From Paraspadella gotoi (taxonomy: Eukaryota; Animalia; Chaetognatha), in contig CM119265.1 of the NCBI GenBank assembly GCA_051294375.1, forward strand, positions 1,026,089 to 1,090,088: DNA of 64,000 nucleotides, written 5' to 3'. Made by a program: the position numbers and the translations under genes. The notes under the pieces were generated by a model. The model saw only the letters and a list, made by a program, of their open reading frames with translations, was not told where the DNA came from and made no database searches. Each line of letters opens with the position of its first letter. Within the stretch, counting starts at the first letter, position 1. Below are positions 24,456 to 38,946 of this stretch, in pieces.

Positions 24456-27400
24456 CTTTTCTCTCTCTCTCTCTCTCTTAGTCAGCCGAAAAGGATTCGT
24501 ACATCGTTCCCTGATTGGACGAATTTATGCGACGCTCTGCGTTTGATTGGTTGTTCTAAAACCGACGGGGAGAGATTTCATTGGTTTAAAATATTAGGTG
24601 ATGCAAATTGAGTTTTTCTTATGTTGTAGTAACTTTAAGGAAATGTACTAATCTCAATGTAATAAGTTTAGAGTTTAGTTTAGTTTCATCGATTTTTATG
24701 AAATCGGTACAACCAATATAATATAATACAATATATATATATATATAATATAATATAATATATATTTTTTAATTTTTTAAAATATTCTTATTTTGACATT
24801 TTGATATTATGATTATCAGTTTTTCTGTCTTCGATATTTTCTAGTTTCTCAATAGTCAGATCTTCTTTCTGTCTTAAAATAGTTAACAATGTTTTCTGAT
24901 ATAAAGTTTCAGTAGAAAAGAAAAAAGAGAAAGAGAGAAAAGAAAAAAAGATAAAGAGAATAAAAGAAAAAAGAAAAGAAAAGAGAAGAAAACAATAGAA
25001 AGAAAAGAAAATATAAGAGAAAACTTCTGGGATAAAAATGACCTCTTTTCCGAAAACGTTCATTTTAACTCATTCATTTAACTAATTCAAAATAAGGTTT
25101 GTTTTTAGTTTGATTAATCAAGTTAATTAATTAAGTGAGGGATAGGGAATGGGTTAGAGATTAAAATTAGGGAATAGGATAGGGATTTGGTTAGAGATTA
25201 AAATTATGGAATAAGATAAGGATTTGGTTAGATATTAAAATTAGGGAATAGGATAGGGATTTAGTGAGAGATTAAAATTAAGGAATAGGATAAGGATTTG
25301 GTTANNNNNNNNNNGCTTATTCTAAGACTTAAAAATTCGCTACGACAAAAGTTCTTTCCGAGTTTTTGAACTAATTGAGCTCAAAAAATCAATTTTAACT
25401 ATCGCGTTATAAAATCTACTTTAACTATTAGCTTAAAAAAAGGCAAATTTTTTAGCTTTTCGCGAGAAGAAATCGAGCGTAGACACTCGCCTCTTAGTTA
25501 GAATCAGCGATTTTTTCCTTTAAATCTAAGTGTCGGGGAACTAGTAGTCAGCCTGCCTCGCCAGGCGTATCTCCGTCCTATGACCCATCGCGCCATTACT
25601 GGGGGAGACTGCCGTCAACTCCCCTCGTCGCCGGAAGTGGGCGCGGCCGCATCCAGCGCCCTTTTTGGTGGCGCCGTCGTGGGTGACGCCGAGACCATTT
25701 GTCGGCAAGGGTGTCAGCCTCTTTGTCACCGCCTCCTTCAGTTGTCCACAAATCCAATGAAAGTGTCTGTGGTCGAAGTGTGGGACTCCACAAGTTTATT
25801 GCCAACGTGACAAGACGTCATGATCTGCTACAAATGGTGACAAAACGTGACTGAGTGACAACGTGCCTCATGTCCCCGTAAAAAGGCCGTTTTGAGACGG
25901 GCTGAAGTCTCACTGACTGGTCTGTCTGTCAAACGTGAAAAGGTAGCACACAGATAGGCTTGAGTTGTCAAAATGTAGAAAACGAATCATGATGAGCAAA
26001 ATAAACAGATGAGCAACGGCATCTCTCAACACTAAGCATTATTATCTTCTTTCTTTCTCTTTTATTCTTTCTTTCTCTCTCTCTCTCTCTTTCTTTCTTT
26101 CTTACTGTCTCTCGTTCTTTTTTTCTTTCTTTCTCCTTTTCTTTCTGTCTCTCTTTCTCTCCTTCTTTCTCTCATTTTTTTTCTCATTTTCTCTTTTTTT
26201 CTCTCTTTTGGTTTCTCTCTTTCTCTCTCTCTTTCTTTCTTTTTTTTTTGCTTTCTTTCTTTCTGTATCGCAATGTTTCCCATAATTTTTCTTCTCTCTC
26301 TTTCTTTCTGAAGAGAAACTCGCATCGTGACCTTTTTTGATCATATTTTTTTTCTTTAGTTTATGCTCCAAATAATTCGGTAAATCGCTATTTTTTTTTC
26401 GATTTTGGTTGCTTAGCAGATTTAGTAAAGTCGACAGATTTTGCGGAATAATTTTCCGCAAAATCGTGTCGACACGCGGGAAAAATGATTAAAAAATAGT
26501 CCTGATGCTTTAAGATAACGCAAAATGATGCGGTTTTTTAAGATTTAACAAGAATTATAACCAGTCCAACTAATAAAACTATAAAAACAAATAAATCTAA
26601 AGTCGAAATGAAAATAAACTACAATCACAAAAAATCACAAATTCAAAGACATCTTAAAAATTTTTTTTTAAGAAAACGCATGAAGCTTTTTCTTTATATT
26701 ACAGATATAATTAGCTTATCATGTGGGATATTTTTCATTAGTTTCAATTAATTTAAAGAATGTTCAGTTAGTTTAAAATGATGAAATAAAAAATGCCATT
26801 TTTTGACTAACCATTTTAAAAAATTCATTGCAGACAAACGGTGAATCATTAACAAAAATGCTTCTACCCCAGTAGAAAGAACATGAAGGCGAACCCAAAA
26901 GCAAGTAAAAAATTTTCTTTTTTGATCTCACCTTGAAAATTAGTGCCAAATGAAAATGGACAAAAATGGACAAGATTTTTGAAGATAGAAATTGCTTAAA
27001 AACTATCTTTACTGTATCAAATTTATAAGGGAATGGTTTTATTTACCCCATTGTTCGCCACTCTTTGTGGATATAGTCCATAGTATAAAAAATTTAGCAT
27101 TCATATTTGAATAATAAGGAGATTCAGTTCATTTCTTGACAAAAGGCTTTTCGTAGACCACTGCCTAATTATATTGCTTAACTTTTTCTTTTTTATTATC
27201 CCCCCGGGGGAAATGAGACCTGTCCTCCTAATCCTATAACTGGAAATCAGTTAATTAATCAATAATTAATTAATTAATCAATTAATTAAATATAATAAAT
27301 TAATCAAAAAATCTTAAAAGCATAAGGAAATCGTCGCAATGTGCCATATTGGCGAGAGAGGAGAGAGAAAGCGATCAAGAGAGAGAAAGACGAGAGAGAG

Positions 27401-28659
27401 AGAGAGGGAAATTAAAAAGGAAATTAAAAACTTGTGTTGCAATAGCAAAATGATAAAACATTGCACGAAATGCGATGCATTTTAATTTTACGAGTTCAAT
27501 CCTAATTCAATTTTTTTTTAACAAACGCAGGAGAAGCAGAGAGTAGAGAGAGAGAGAGGAGATTCGTTTTCGGACGAATCAGCAGCGAGCAGGCAGGAGA
27601 CAGCCGAAAAACAAGAAAGAAATCAAAAGGCAGCAGCAGAAGCAGCAGGGAGAAAAAGAGAGAAAAACAAAGAGCCCTGCCAGAGCCTTCTGCAGACTCG
27701 TTTTTTCCTGATGAATCAGCACTGGGGAAAAGGAGAGATAGCTACATATAATTAAAAGAGAAAATCAGTTAATTAATCAATAATTAATTAATAGTCAATT
27801 TTTCAATCATTAATTTATTAATTCAATCAATTATTTATCTATTAATTAATTATTTAATCAATCAATTCATATTCTATTATGTTGATTATTCAATCAATCA
27901 ATCCAATCATCATTATCGCATTAGTCTCATCGTCGTCATTGCTTTTGTCATGGTTAGTGGACGAAAATACCTAAAACAAACATTTCAATCAATATTAACT
28001 AATTGGCCTAATTATTTGCTCATGAGTGGAGGGCAAATTACCTAGAATTTTGTATGTGGGTAGGAAAGTGTGTTGATTGAACAGGGAAAAACAAGTTTCG
28101 ATGGAATCGTTGAGGGGAAATGAGTTTAAATGGAAAAAACAAAAATTGATTTATGCTTTCTTCCTTTTATATTAAATGTATATGATGGATGTATTAATAA
28201 ATCAAATAATTAATCAGTTAAATAATAATTAGTCAATTAATCAATAATTAATTAATCAGTCAATTAATCCGTCCATCCGTCCACCCTCCACCTTAGCACC
28301 TTGAATTGGAATAATTTTGTGTGGTGGGTAGGAAAATGTGTGACGAAGCTTGATTATAAAGTTTTTTCTCGGTGGAAACGTACGAGTGGGAAATGAGGTT
28401 TAAATGAAAAAAATATGAGTTTCAATACTTAAGCTTTTTATTTATTTTACCCATGATAGTTGAGATGAAAATTTTGTTGAAGCGGTAGGAAAGTGTGAGA
28501 AGAAGCCAGATATAAAGGTTTTTGACGGAATTGTGCCAAGTGGAAATGAGTTAAATGGAAAAAAAACATAAGTCACAGTTACTTGAATCTTTATTATTAA
28601 TGAATTACTAATAAATGTTTTAATTAATTAATGTGAAAAAAAATGCAATTTAAAAAAAT

Positions 28660-28820
28660 TATGAAGTTGAAAAAATGATGCAAGTTGAAAAAATGATGGC
28701 AAGGTTGAAAGAATGATGCAAGTTGAAAAAATGATGCAAATTGAAAAAATGATGCAATTGAAAAAATGATGCAAAATGAAAAAATGATTGCAAGTTGAAA
28801 AAAATATGCAAGTTAAAAAA
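28660..28820. repeat. 18-bp tandem repeat, about 8 copies
   Basis: Unit ATGATGCAAGTTGAAAAA. Confidence 0.85.
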
Positions 28821-29525
28821 TTTTAAAAGCAATTCGTCGCAATTGCATAAAAAAAAAAAAAAGAGAGAGAAGAGACGGAGAGAGAGAGGAGAGAGAGAAA
28901 GAGACATAAAATAAAAATATAATTAATTAATTAATTATTTAAAAATTAATATATGTAATAAAACATTATTTATTAATTAAAAAATTATAATTATTGATTA
29001 ATAATTAAATTAATATTCGATGTAATAATAATAATTAATATTAATATTAATGTAATAGAAATTAATTATTGAAGTGTAATCAAATAGATTAATTAATAAT
29101 TAATTAATTAATCGGTAGGCAAGATCGACATGTTTGCTCAAACTTGTTTTGCATAATTTATCATAATTCGATGTTCTGAACATGATATAAGTGTGTGGCC
29201 CGACAATATTGGAGGGGCGGACCGGACGGACGAAAAAAGTGAGTATAGAGGTCGCGGATCTGCTGATAAGGCAGATCGACATAAAAACGAAAATATCAGT
29301 ATTGTTCCAAATCGAATGCCTTGAAGTCTGATATTTTTTCAAAATGCAAAATTTTGGTTCAGAGTCTAGAGCTAAAAAATTCTGACAAAAAAAATGTTTT
29401 TTTCGGATGATTATTCTATCTTCTTCAATAATTAAAAATTATTAAACATATATCTTGGCATATAAGCAGCAAATTTATTATGCATATTGGCAAAAATTTG
29501 CTCTTTTGAAAAATATTTTTGAAAA

Positions 29526-29894
29526 TCTCTCGATGCGTGGTTCGAATCCCACCGCGCCACCAACATTTAAGTAAGAAGACAGTATTTTCAACATGAAACC
29601 GAATATTTTTCACAAGCAAAAAGAACGGTGTGAAGTTTACAGGCAGATTGAATCTATACAGAATGGTCATATTTAATACAGAGCCATCGGATCATCGACA
29701 TGGGTTCTCTTCCCGATGGCATGAAGCCCCTCTTCTCATTGGTTGATGCGGAGGTGATTAATCAACAGTGAAGTTCTTGGTGATTTCAGGAGTCTTCTGA
29801 TCCGGTTTGATTCCAATAAGGAATCCAATTCGATTCCTTGGTTTTAATTCCACTACCAAACTTTGATGCTGTTAATGATGATGGTCTTTTTACA
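29526..29894 (-). mobile_element. Second, divergent solo LTR-like element with an extended tRNA-Leu sequence
   Basis: Minus strand reads TGTAAA...GCATCAACCAATGAG...TATTAAATA...CTTAAA-TGT-TGGTGGCGCGGTGGGATTCGAACCACGCATCGAGAGA, the same architecture and junction as 7512-7905. Confidence 0.6.
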
Positions 29895-32173
29895 ATAAAC
29901 AAGTTAAATATAATAAAAAGAAAAAATGTTTTGTAATTCTTGAGGTCATTCTATGATTGATATTTTGTACTTATTCCCAGATAAAAAAAATATTTACTAA
30001 TGAGTCTTTGAATATTGCTCTTTTTGTAGATTAATGAACTATCTATAGTTAAAGCTCATTAAAATATGTACATTCGTAAGGTAACCAAGCTCTTAACATA
30101 ATGCTACTACAATTGTTAAAACGGTTAACGGTTAATAAAAGGGAAACTATTACAGAGATTTGATTTAATGTTTTACGTCAGGAGCTATCGGATTTTTAAA
30201 GACCGAAAGACTGAGAGAGAGGTCGTTGCTTAGCAACCACCGGTTTCCACGGTTAAGAGGTTCCATTGACTTAAAACTTCTCTATAACTCGGGTAGGAGC
30301 TATTGTCTATTTTAAATTAATTAAGAAAAGCAATTCCCACGGGTCCATGACCGAATCGGTTCATTTTTTTCAATTTCGTTCCTTGAAAGAGACGACGACT
30401 TCATAACTTTAGGATGTCACCTCGATCCCCAATGTCGTTACGTCATCGTTGACTCGTTGTCGTCGTCTTCGTCTACCTCGTTTATTTGTTGTCTACGTTT
30501 TTCTTACGTCGCGTTCCTCGTTGTAACATAGTTACAACCTCCGTTCGTTCGTTCATCGTCGTCGTTCGTCGTCGCCTGCTGCTCTATCGTATTTATGTTA
30601 ACGATATCATCACTGTTGGACACTCTTTCGGTCCTCACGTGAAATACTCGAAGAAAACTGAATGAGTGAGCTGCTGAACATACCTATACGCGGCCGCTTC
30701 TCAGTGAATGTGAGATATAGAAGCCCTATAAAAAAAGAGGCCAGTGACTTTTTATTCAACCATGACCGGCGAAGCCGGGTTCAGGCTCTGATATTGATTT
30801 GTAGTTGTTCTGTGACGTGTCGTCGTCGCGTCATCGGCCGCTCAACGCTGTGTTTATAATAAAAACTACTACGCTTTTATAGGTTTGGCTGTCGACTTTA
30901 CCGTTTTTTTCAAAATAAAAATTTATTATGAATTATTAAAGTTTTACAAAAGTGTGCGATCATAGTAAGTTATAAAATAGATATGGCTTCTACACTTGAA
31001 TAGCTTTGATATTTTCTTATTACAATTGTGATTTAAGTATTTTTTGTTTGAATTTCCACTTCATTATGAATTTACTGCAATATGCTAAATGAGATTATAG
31101 TACTCATTAAAAATATGCCAAATTAGTATATGAAATGCTTTAAGTCTAATTTACATATGCAGTATAATAATATTGAAGATGAAATTCAAAAAAATTTTTT
31201 TTAAATCTCTAATAAAAAATGGGAACTCAAAGGATTTTTTAATGAAAAAGCTATATTTAATTTTAATACAAATAAAATAAAATCTTTTACAAGCTTGCGA
31301 TTGGAAAAAATTGGAAAAGTTTCCAATTGTAAACCATTGTACATTTTTTGCCTTTTCTTTATTTATTTTTTAATATATATATTTTTTAGGCGCTTGCCTT
31401 TCTGAATCGTTTCAAAAACGAGTCAGTTTCTCTCTTGTCTCTCTTCACTTGTGTGCGATTCTCTTGCAGTGAGTCGTTCGTTTTTTGAAAAATTCTGATT
31501 ATTTTTTCTTTTCTAAAAAACATATATATCTGACAGGGGGCGCGGCCTCTTTCTGAATTCGTTTAAAAAAAACAAGTTTGAGCAAACAATGTCGATCTCT
31601 CTGCCTACGATAAATTAATAGATAATTTGATTAATTAATTAATTAATAATTAATTAATTTAATTAATAGATATAATTATAATTTATATTCACTGTCATCA
31701 TCCGATTGTCCTTAAAATTGAGTCAGGGACAGTTATAAATGTTTGTTTACATTTTATCAAAACAAACAAATATCCTCTTATTTCGAGCCGGCGGGCAAAG
31801 CCCGTCCTGTCAGATTTTTTTTTCCAAGGGGCCAGATCGCGCTTTGATAGACTTACCATCTTATACTGTTCCTGTGCTCTCGCTTGTACTATTTGCAATC
31901 TATGGCTCTCTGAAAGTGGTGATTATATAGGGCTGCTCTCGAATATTAGTTACTGCCCCTAAATGAATCCGTTCGAAGAATTCTATATGGCTTCTAATCA
32001 TCAAAGATCTGTTTAATAATTCTCATGTTTCATATCAATATTGCGTATTGTTATGTTTTATTTACAAAAACAAAAACACGGTCTCTCAATTATATGTCGC
32101 TCCTCTCATCTGGTCGTGGGGTGCGAGCTCAGAGTTCCGATCTGTCGCTCCTGCAGCGTCTGTCCCGCAGCGT

Positions 32174-32232
<59 letters not shown>

Positions 32233-33008
32233 TACAAAAAATTTTTAAGATTATAATGTGGTCACTAAATAACAAACAACTATGCCGTCGAACAGGGCGC
32301 CTGTATAGCCCCGGGCCCGTTTTTTGGACTGGTCGTGTAGAGAATTTAGCTTCACCGCCTACGTGCGGGCGCCATATCTTTAGGTACTGACTTGATTCTA
32401 TTAACGAGAATAAAGAGGGCTAGTGTATTCCGCTGCTTTAACAGTTAAACCTTTAACTTGTTGTCAAGTGGAGCTTCTTCTTTCTCTCTCTCTACTTATA
32501 ATTTATAAATAATATCGCTCTATCATACATATTGTGTTTTCTCAGTGCCAGCGAGCTGTCTCTCTCTCTTCTCTCTCTTTTTCTCTCTCCTCTCTCTGTC
32601 TCACTCACTGCTGTCCGATATAATTTGCGAATGGATGTGTGCGCTTCGGCCACAAAACCGTTTCGTCTCACTTAAGTGTGTTCTGTTCTTGTCCCCTATA
32701 CTGTCCGATCTTTTTTGCGTGAAAAAACATTGCCCTGATAGCTCCCATGCGGGTAGGGAAAGTATGTGATCAAAGCGAACAAACACCGTGATCGTTTGTT
32801 TTTTTGGAAAAATTCTGATTATTTTTTTTTCCTTCTAAAAAACTTTTTATTATTGCCATTTAATTGACATATAGGGACTGTGCTTTTTTTTTCGATGGAA
32901 ATACAAAATCCCCGTAGGTTCATATATGTTGTGCGAAATACAGCAGTTCAATTTAAGAAAAACGCAGAAGACACATGTTATTTNNNNNNNNNNNNNNNNN
33001 NNNNNNNN

Positions 33009-33701
33009 GGGTCTCTCTCTCCTCCCTCTCTTCTTCCTCCCTCTCTCTCGTCTTCTCTCCTCTTCCTTTCCCCTTCCTCCTCTTTCCCCGGATGACGACT
33101 TCTTGAGATGAAGCGAAGGAATCACAGGTGACGCCTCTCTTGCGGACGAGGACTTGGAAGGGGGCCTGGAAGGATTGGAAGAGGGGAGGAGAGAGGGGGG
33201 AGGAGAGAGGCAAGGAGGGAGAGGAGGGAGAAGGATAGAGAGAGAGGAAATTAACAAATATGTCAATTATAATTTTTAATTTAATTATTACTTTTAATTT
33301 TTTTAACTCACCTCTATTTCATATATAGAACCTCATATTTCCTCTCCTCCTCCTCTTCCTCCTCCTTCTCTCTTCTTCTTCTCCGCCGACTTTGGCCTCC
33401 ATTCTGCCGACGCAGGAATGACGCTGCACCGGCAGCAGTTGCACCGGATGCTGTGACCTGGCGTCTTGCGGCGCGATATCTGGACAGAACCGGCGTCGCC
33501 GCTTTTTGACTCTGGCTCGGCGCGTCGTTCCTTAGGGATGGGAAAGATAAAGATCGATATTAATTAGATACTAAGAGGAATTACTATTACTATGAATTAA
33601 TTAAGGCTTATGGTGTGGGACTTATAGTACTTCATTTTGCCTTCCTTCCTTTCCCTCTCTCTCTCCCGTCTCTTCTCTTCCTTTCTTCTCCTTCCTTTTC
33701 T

Positions 33702-33753
<52 letters not shown>

Positions 33754-34618
33754 CCTCCCTTCACCTTCATCGCCTCTTTCGTCGTCTGCTCCACTTCCTC
33801 CTCCTCCTCCTCCTCCTCCTCCCTCTTCTCCCTCCGAACCGAGGCGCCGTCCATGTAACGTCGCGCGGGCGTCGACTCCACCACGCTCCCTTCCCGTACG
33901 CGACGGGCGAGACGCGTACAGTCCGCGCGAAAATCGGACGCGGTCCGAGTGAGAGACGGAGACGGAGTGGAGAGAGGGAGAGGGAGGGGAGGCGGTCGTC
34001 GTCGTCGTCGTCGTCGGCGGCGTTTTCTATGAAGGCGTCCATAAGACGCCATCTTTGTTTCTTGTTCAGCGAATAACGACTTGATTGGCTGAGAGATTTC
34101 CGTCGAAGGACTGGAGGAAGAGAGGGAGAGGGTTGGGTTAGAGAGGGAGAGAGTGGGAGAGGAGAGGAGAGAGGAGAGAGAGAGAGAGAGAGAGAGAAGA
34201 AGAGGAGAAGGGAAAAGAAAAGAAAAGAAAAGAAAAGAAAAGAAAAGAAAAGAAGAAAGACAGACAAGACAAGACACAAGACAAGACAAGACAAGACAAG
34301 ACAAGACAAGACAAGACAAGACAAGACAGACAAGACAAGACAAGACCCGACCCCATCTTCCACCCAAACCCCCTTGACCTGATCCGCGTCCACCTTCCCC
34401 AGCCTGAGTGGCTCTCCTCCCTTCGTCTCTCCTTTGAAATTCCCGCCTAAAATGTCCCAATGGCGTCACCGTCTTTTCTACGCCACCCGATTTCACGTAG
34501 GCGTTCCAATATCGAATCCGGCGCCGAGTCGCCGCGTGACCGCCGATACCGAGTATCGGCGCCGTCGTCCGGAACGCGTCATCGGCGTCACTGACGCCGG
34601 GAAAGATGAGGACGTCAT
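33009..34618 (-). pseudogene. Partial duplicate of RBR gene coding exons 1-4 (copy C), truncated at an N gap
   Basis: Matches about 15200-16830. Confidence 0.7.
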
Positions 34619-36134
34619 GATGAGAACGACGGTTGACGATCGACGGAAAACGAAGAAATTTGGATTAAAAGTTTTCGAGTTTTTTCTAAGTTTTTTTTTC
34701 GAGTTTTCGAGTTTTTTAGTTTTTTGAGTAGTTTTTTTGATTGAGTTATGAAGAGCGAAACAAGGTTAAAAAAAAAACCTCTCTAGTAATAGCTCTATCT
34801 TTCTCTTTCTCTCTGGGTAATAAAATAAATAAAATTAAAATCAATAATGAAAAAAATAGATTTTAAGTAAAAATGAAATTATGAGTGAATTTTAATAAAT
34901 TCACTTAGCTCAAAGTGTTCACAATTACGAGTCAAGAAAATAAAAGAGAAAACAAAGTGAAACAGACAAAGACCAAAACATAGTGGTCACAGGAAATCAA
35001 AGGCGAAAGATTTAATTGTTTATTTATTTGATTTTGGTGGAAAATTGATCATTTATTAGTGAGGATAAGGATTGAGCTTTGGTTTTATGTGGTGGTGTTT
35101 TATTAAGGGATGTGAATTTGGCTTCAGTATTTAGTTAGTTATGAAGGTTGCAAATTCTGTTTCACTATCTTTTTTATTTTTTTAGATTTAAAATAACTTT
35201 TATTTATGATTTTATTATATTAAAATATTTTTGTGTTAATATTTAAATATAATATGATTATTGTTTTTTGGATGGGACGTTAGTGTTGTTCTTCTAGAAA
35301 AATAGTTAGATTACATGAATAATTTTTTAGGGGATTAAGGTTATATTGTATGATTATTTTTATCAATTATTTTATATATTTTAATTTTTCATATATTATT
35401 TAAATTCTTATTGAGGCAAAATGGTTTTGGATTACAACGAATTTTATTTTATAGAAAACGTACATTTTTTCGGTTTTGGAATGCAAGCTTCTGGTTAAAT
35501 TTTAATTTTATTTAATTTTAAATTTTTTTAATTTAAGCCGAAGAGGTTGCATTCAAAGCCGGAACATTACGTTTCTATTAAATTAAAATTCGTTGTAAAC
35601 AAAACATTCGCCTCTAAATACATATAACGAAAAAGAAAGTTATTAACCATATATTTAAATTCTGTAAATTTTGTAAGGCTACATGGAATGGCATGGCCTA
35701 CATGGCATGACTAAAATATACTTAACCATTCCACGAGCCATCCACGAAAAAAAACGACGCCAGCAGCGAAACTTGCTTGCTTAGCAATCGGAAAACTGCT
35801 TGCTTGCTCAATTTGTTTCGTTCGAAGCAATCGAATTGGTGATTTGATTGTGAGCCGTTACTCTTCTGCTTAAATACCCCGATCCGGATTGCGACTGACA
35901 GAGACATATCTAACACAATTATTGAGCAATACTTTCAACATTGAGCAATACTTGCCGGGGCTGACGACGACGACGACCGACGATTGAAGACGACGATGAA
36001 GACGACGACGACGATGAAGACGACGACCACGGCTCGAAAAAGTCTTGCGCAATCTCGTTGAAATATCTCGATATGATAGACTAATTCAGGTGGAGAACAG
36101 AATTTTCCCGTTGCTAGCGAATTCGTGTTCGGGC

Positions 36135-36271
<137 letters not shown>

Positions 36272-36874
36272 TAGTCAGCCGAAAAGGATTCGTACATCGT
36301 TCCCTGATTGGACGAATTTATGCGACGCTCTGCGTTTTGATTGGTTGTTCTAAAACCGACGGGGAGAGATTTCATTGGTTTAAAATATTAGGTGATGCAA
36401 AATTGAGTTTTCTTATGTTGTAGTAATTATAAGGAAATGTATAATCTCAATGTATAAGTAAGTTTAGTTTAGAGATTTATGATCGTTTATAATCATTATT
36501 ATATATATATATAATTTTAATTTTTTTAAATATTCTTATTTTGACATTTTGATATTATGATTATCAGTTTTTCTGTCTTCGATTATTCTAGTTTCTCAAT
36601 AGTCAGATCTTCTTTCTGTCTTAAAATAGTTACAATTTTTTCTGATATAAAGTTTCAGTAGAAAAGAAAAAAGAGAAAAGAGAGAAAAAAAAAAGATAAA
36701 GAGAAAAAAGAAAAGAAAGAAAAGAGAAGAAAACAATAGAAAGAAAAAGAAATATAGAGAAAAACTTTGGGATAAAAATGACCTCTTTTCCGAAAACGTT
36801 CATTTTAACTATTCATTTAAAATTCAAAATAAGGTTTGTTTTTAGTTTGATTAATCAAGTTAATTAATTAATGA

Positions 36875-37140
36875 GGATAGGGAATGGGTTAGAGATTAAA
36901 ATTAGGGAATAGGGATAGGGATTTGGTTAGAGATTAAAATTATGGAATAAGATAAGGATTTGGTTAGATATTAAAATTAGGGAATAGGATAGGGATTTAG
37001 TGAGAGATTAAAATTAAGAGAATAGGATAAGGATTTGGTTAGATATTAAAATTAGGGAATAGGATAGGGGTTTGGGTTAGATATTAAATTGATTAGGGAA
37101 TAGGATAGGGATTTGGTTAGAGATTAAAATTAGGGAATAC
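36875..37140. repeat. About 37-bp minisatellite (also about 18915-19115 and 25140-25305)
   Basis: Unit GATTAAAATTAGGGAATAGGATAGGGATTTGGTTAGA. Confidence 0.85.
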
Positions 37141-37445
37141 CAAATTTGAAAAAAAATGTATCGGCCATGTCTTTTTCTTTCATCCCTTGGCGTTTGACAG
37201 AGTACTGTAGAGCGATAAAGTCGTTTTTCTCGCTGTAAGTTGAATTGTATTGTTTTATTGAAACTATGCTAAATTGTGTCGAAAGTAAACAATCCGACAA
37301 GGCCTTTAAAAAAAACCTCCCTGAAAACTTCTACTATCGTTTTTTAGTTTTAGACATTTTTTATAATATTTTATCCGATATTTTTTTTTTTTTTTTTAAC
37401 AAATTATTATATAATATATTTGATCAAGATGAAGCAAAATACAAA

Positions 37446-38487
37446 ATGAGGTTCTCGTTATTTTCCGTGTTGGCAGCAGCGGCGGTGCTGATCTCCTGCT
37501 GCTTCGACTGCAGCTCCAGCACCAAATGCGATGAGAATTGCCGACCGGAAAAGTCCGACAACATTTGCTTCAACTTTTTGAACCTGGGCGGGATGGTGAT
37601 GTCCGATTGCAAAACCTTCAGGGAATGCTTGGATGCTTGTCCGCTGAAAAAAGAATTTCAGAAAACTTGCTGTTGCAGCTCAAGGAAGATGGAGAACGAA
37701 GCAGACATCAAAGATTGCGCCGCGGATTGGTTGGCGCAGAAGGATAAGACAGTTCATTGTCTCGTTGGAGGAGATTTGCCGATTCCAGAAACATGCCACG
37801 GGGTCACGAACTATCCGGGGACTTGTGGAGTCGACCTTCAGGGGTGAGATTACATATTACATGGATGGACAGAATTGAGTGCAAGGTCCGACAGACGGAC
37901 GTACGGGAGTTCAGAAAGATGCCAAAACTGTCAAAATGATTAGTGAATAGATACATTATGGGTAAAGAAATAAAAAGGGGTTTATAAAATGATAATTGGA
38001 CAAAAGTTGAAATATTTAAAACTAGTTTTAAAAAATAATATTCTAATTTAACTTTTTTTTATCTTTTCTTAGCAACAATCATGTTTGTACCAACTCGAAA
38101 ATGTACTGCGAGTCCAGTGTTGAAGCTGGCGGATGCTGTTGCGATAAAGAAAAATGCAATAAGAATGTGACAACCTGCAAAGTAAGCAATGATGATTATA
38201 ACAATGAGCCAATTTAATTTAGATTCGATACTAAGACTTAAGTCTTAACTGTTCATCATCCCTTCTTTCTCCATCCAACCCAAAATGAACAGAATTCAAT
38301 GACGACGACAACAACGACGACAACACTTCCTCCAACCACAAATGCAACCACAACTATGACCACCACGACCACCACAACCCCCTTCGGTCCACCTACCCAC
38401 TCCGGCTCCGTCTCTGGCACCGTCGCTATTGCCGCCAATGCAGTTGGCGTCATCATCGGAGTCATTGCTTGGGCCGTTGCTGCCTGA
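37446..38487 (+). CDS. Secreted cysteine-rich, Thr-stalked, probably GPI-anchored surface protein (233 aa); exons 37446-37843, 38073-38181, 38293-38487
   Basis: Signal peptide MRFSLFSVLAAAAVLISCC. A Cys-rich ectodomain ends in GGCCCDKEKCNKNVTTCK, a Ly6/uPAR-like CC-x(4)-CN terminus. It is followed by a poly-Thr stalk, small residues SGSVSG and a terminal hydrophobic stretch with no cytoplasmic tail. GT-AG junctions are in frame. Confidence 0.8.
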
Positions 38488-38946
38488 AAGACATGCGGCA
38501 AAGTTGCTGATGGTCGAGCTACTGATTGCGTCTCGAATCTGGTTATTTATGGGGTCAAACAGCGACGGTTGGCGGATTCCAATCAGGGATTCTTGATTGA
38601 TTGATTTATTTATTTATTTATTGATTGTTTGATTGATTGATCGATTGATTTATTGATTGATTGATCGATTGATCTGCTAGTAATCGGTGGAGGGAAGGAT
38701 AAAAAGTTTGATTGAAATTAAGAGGGAAAATATAATTTAAAAACAAATTTAATTAGTGGTATTTTTTATTTTTATTCGAGGAGATACATTTTAGGAAAAA
38801 GACAAATTAAAATCAATGATATGGATATTCTTTTCGGTTGTCTTTCAAAAAAAAAGGCGAATATTCAAATCGCAAAAAAAAATTATAAAATCAATGAATC
38901 GCGAATGAAGTTAATAACAACATAATAATTATTATTATTTATTCTC

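Noticed and set aside
25590-25645. 16S rRNA-like fragment (GGAGACTGCCG)
   Set aside because: The match is only about 11 nt and the flanks do not continue it.
30660-30795. Helitron 3' end (CCGGCGAAGCCGG hairpin)
   Set aside because: The hairpin is present, but there is no clean CTRR terminus, 5' end or second copy in the window, so it is not reported as a feature.
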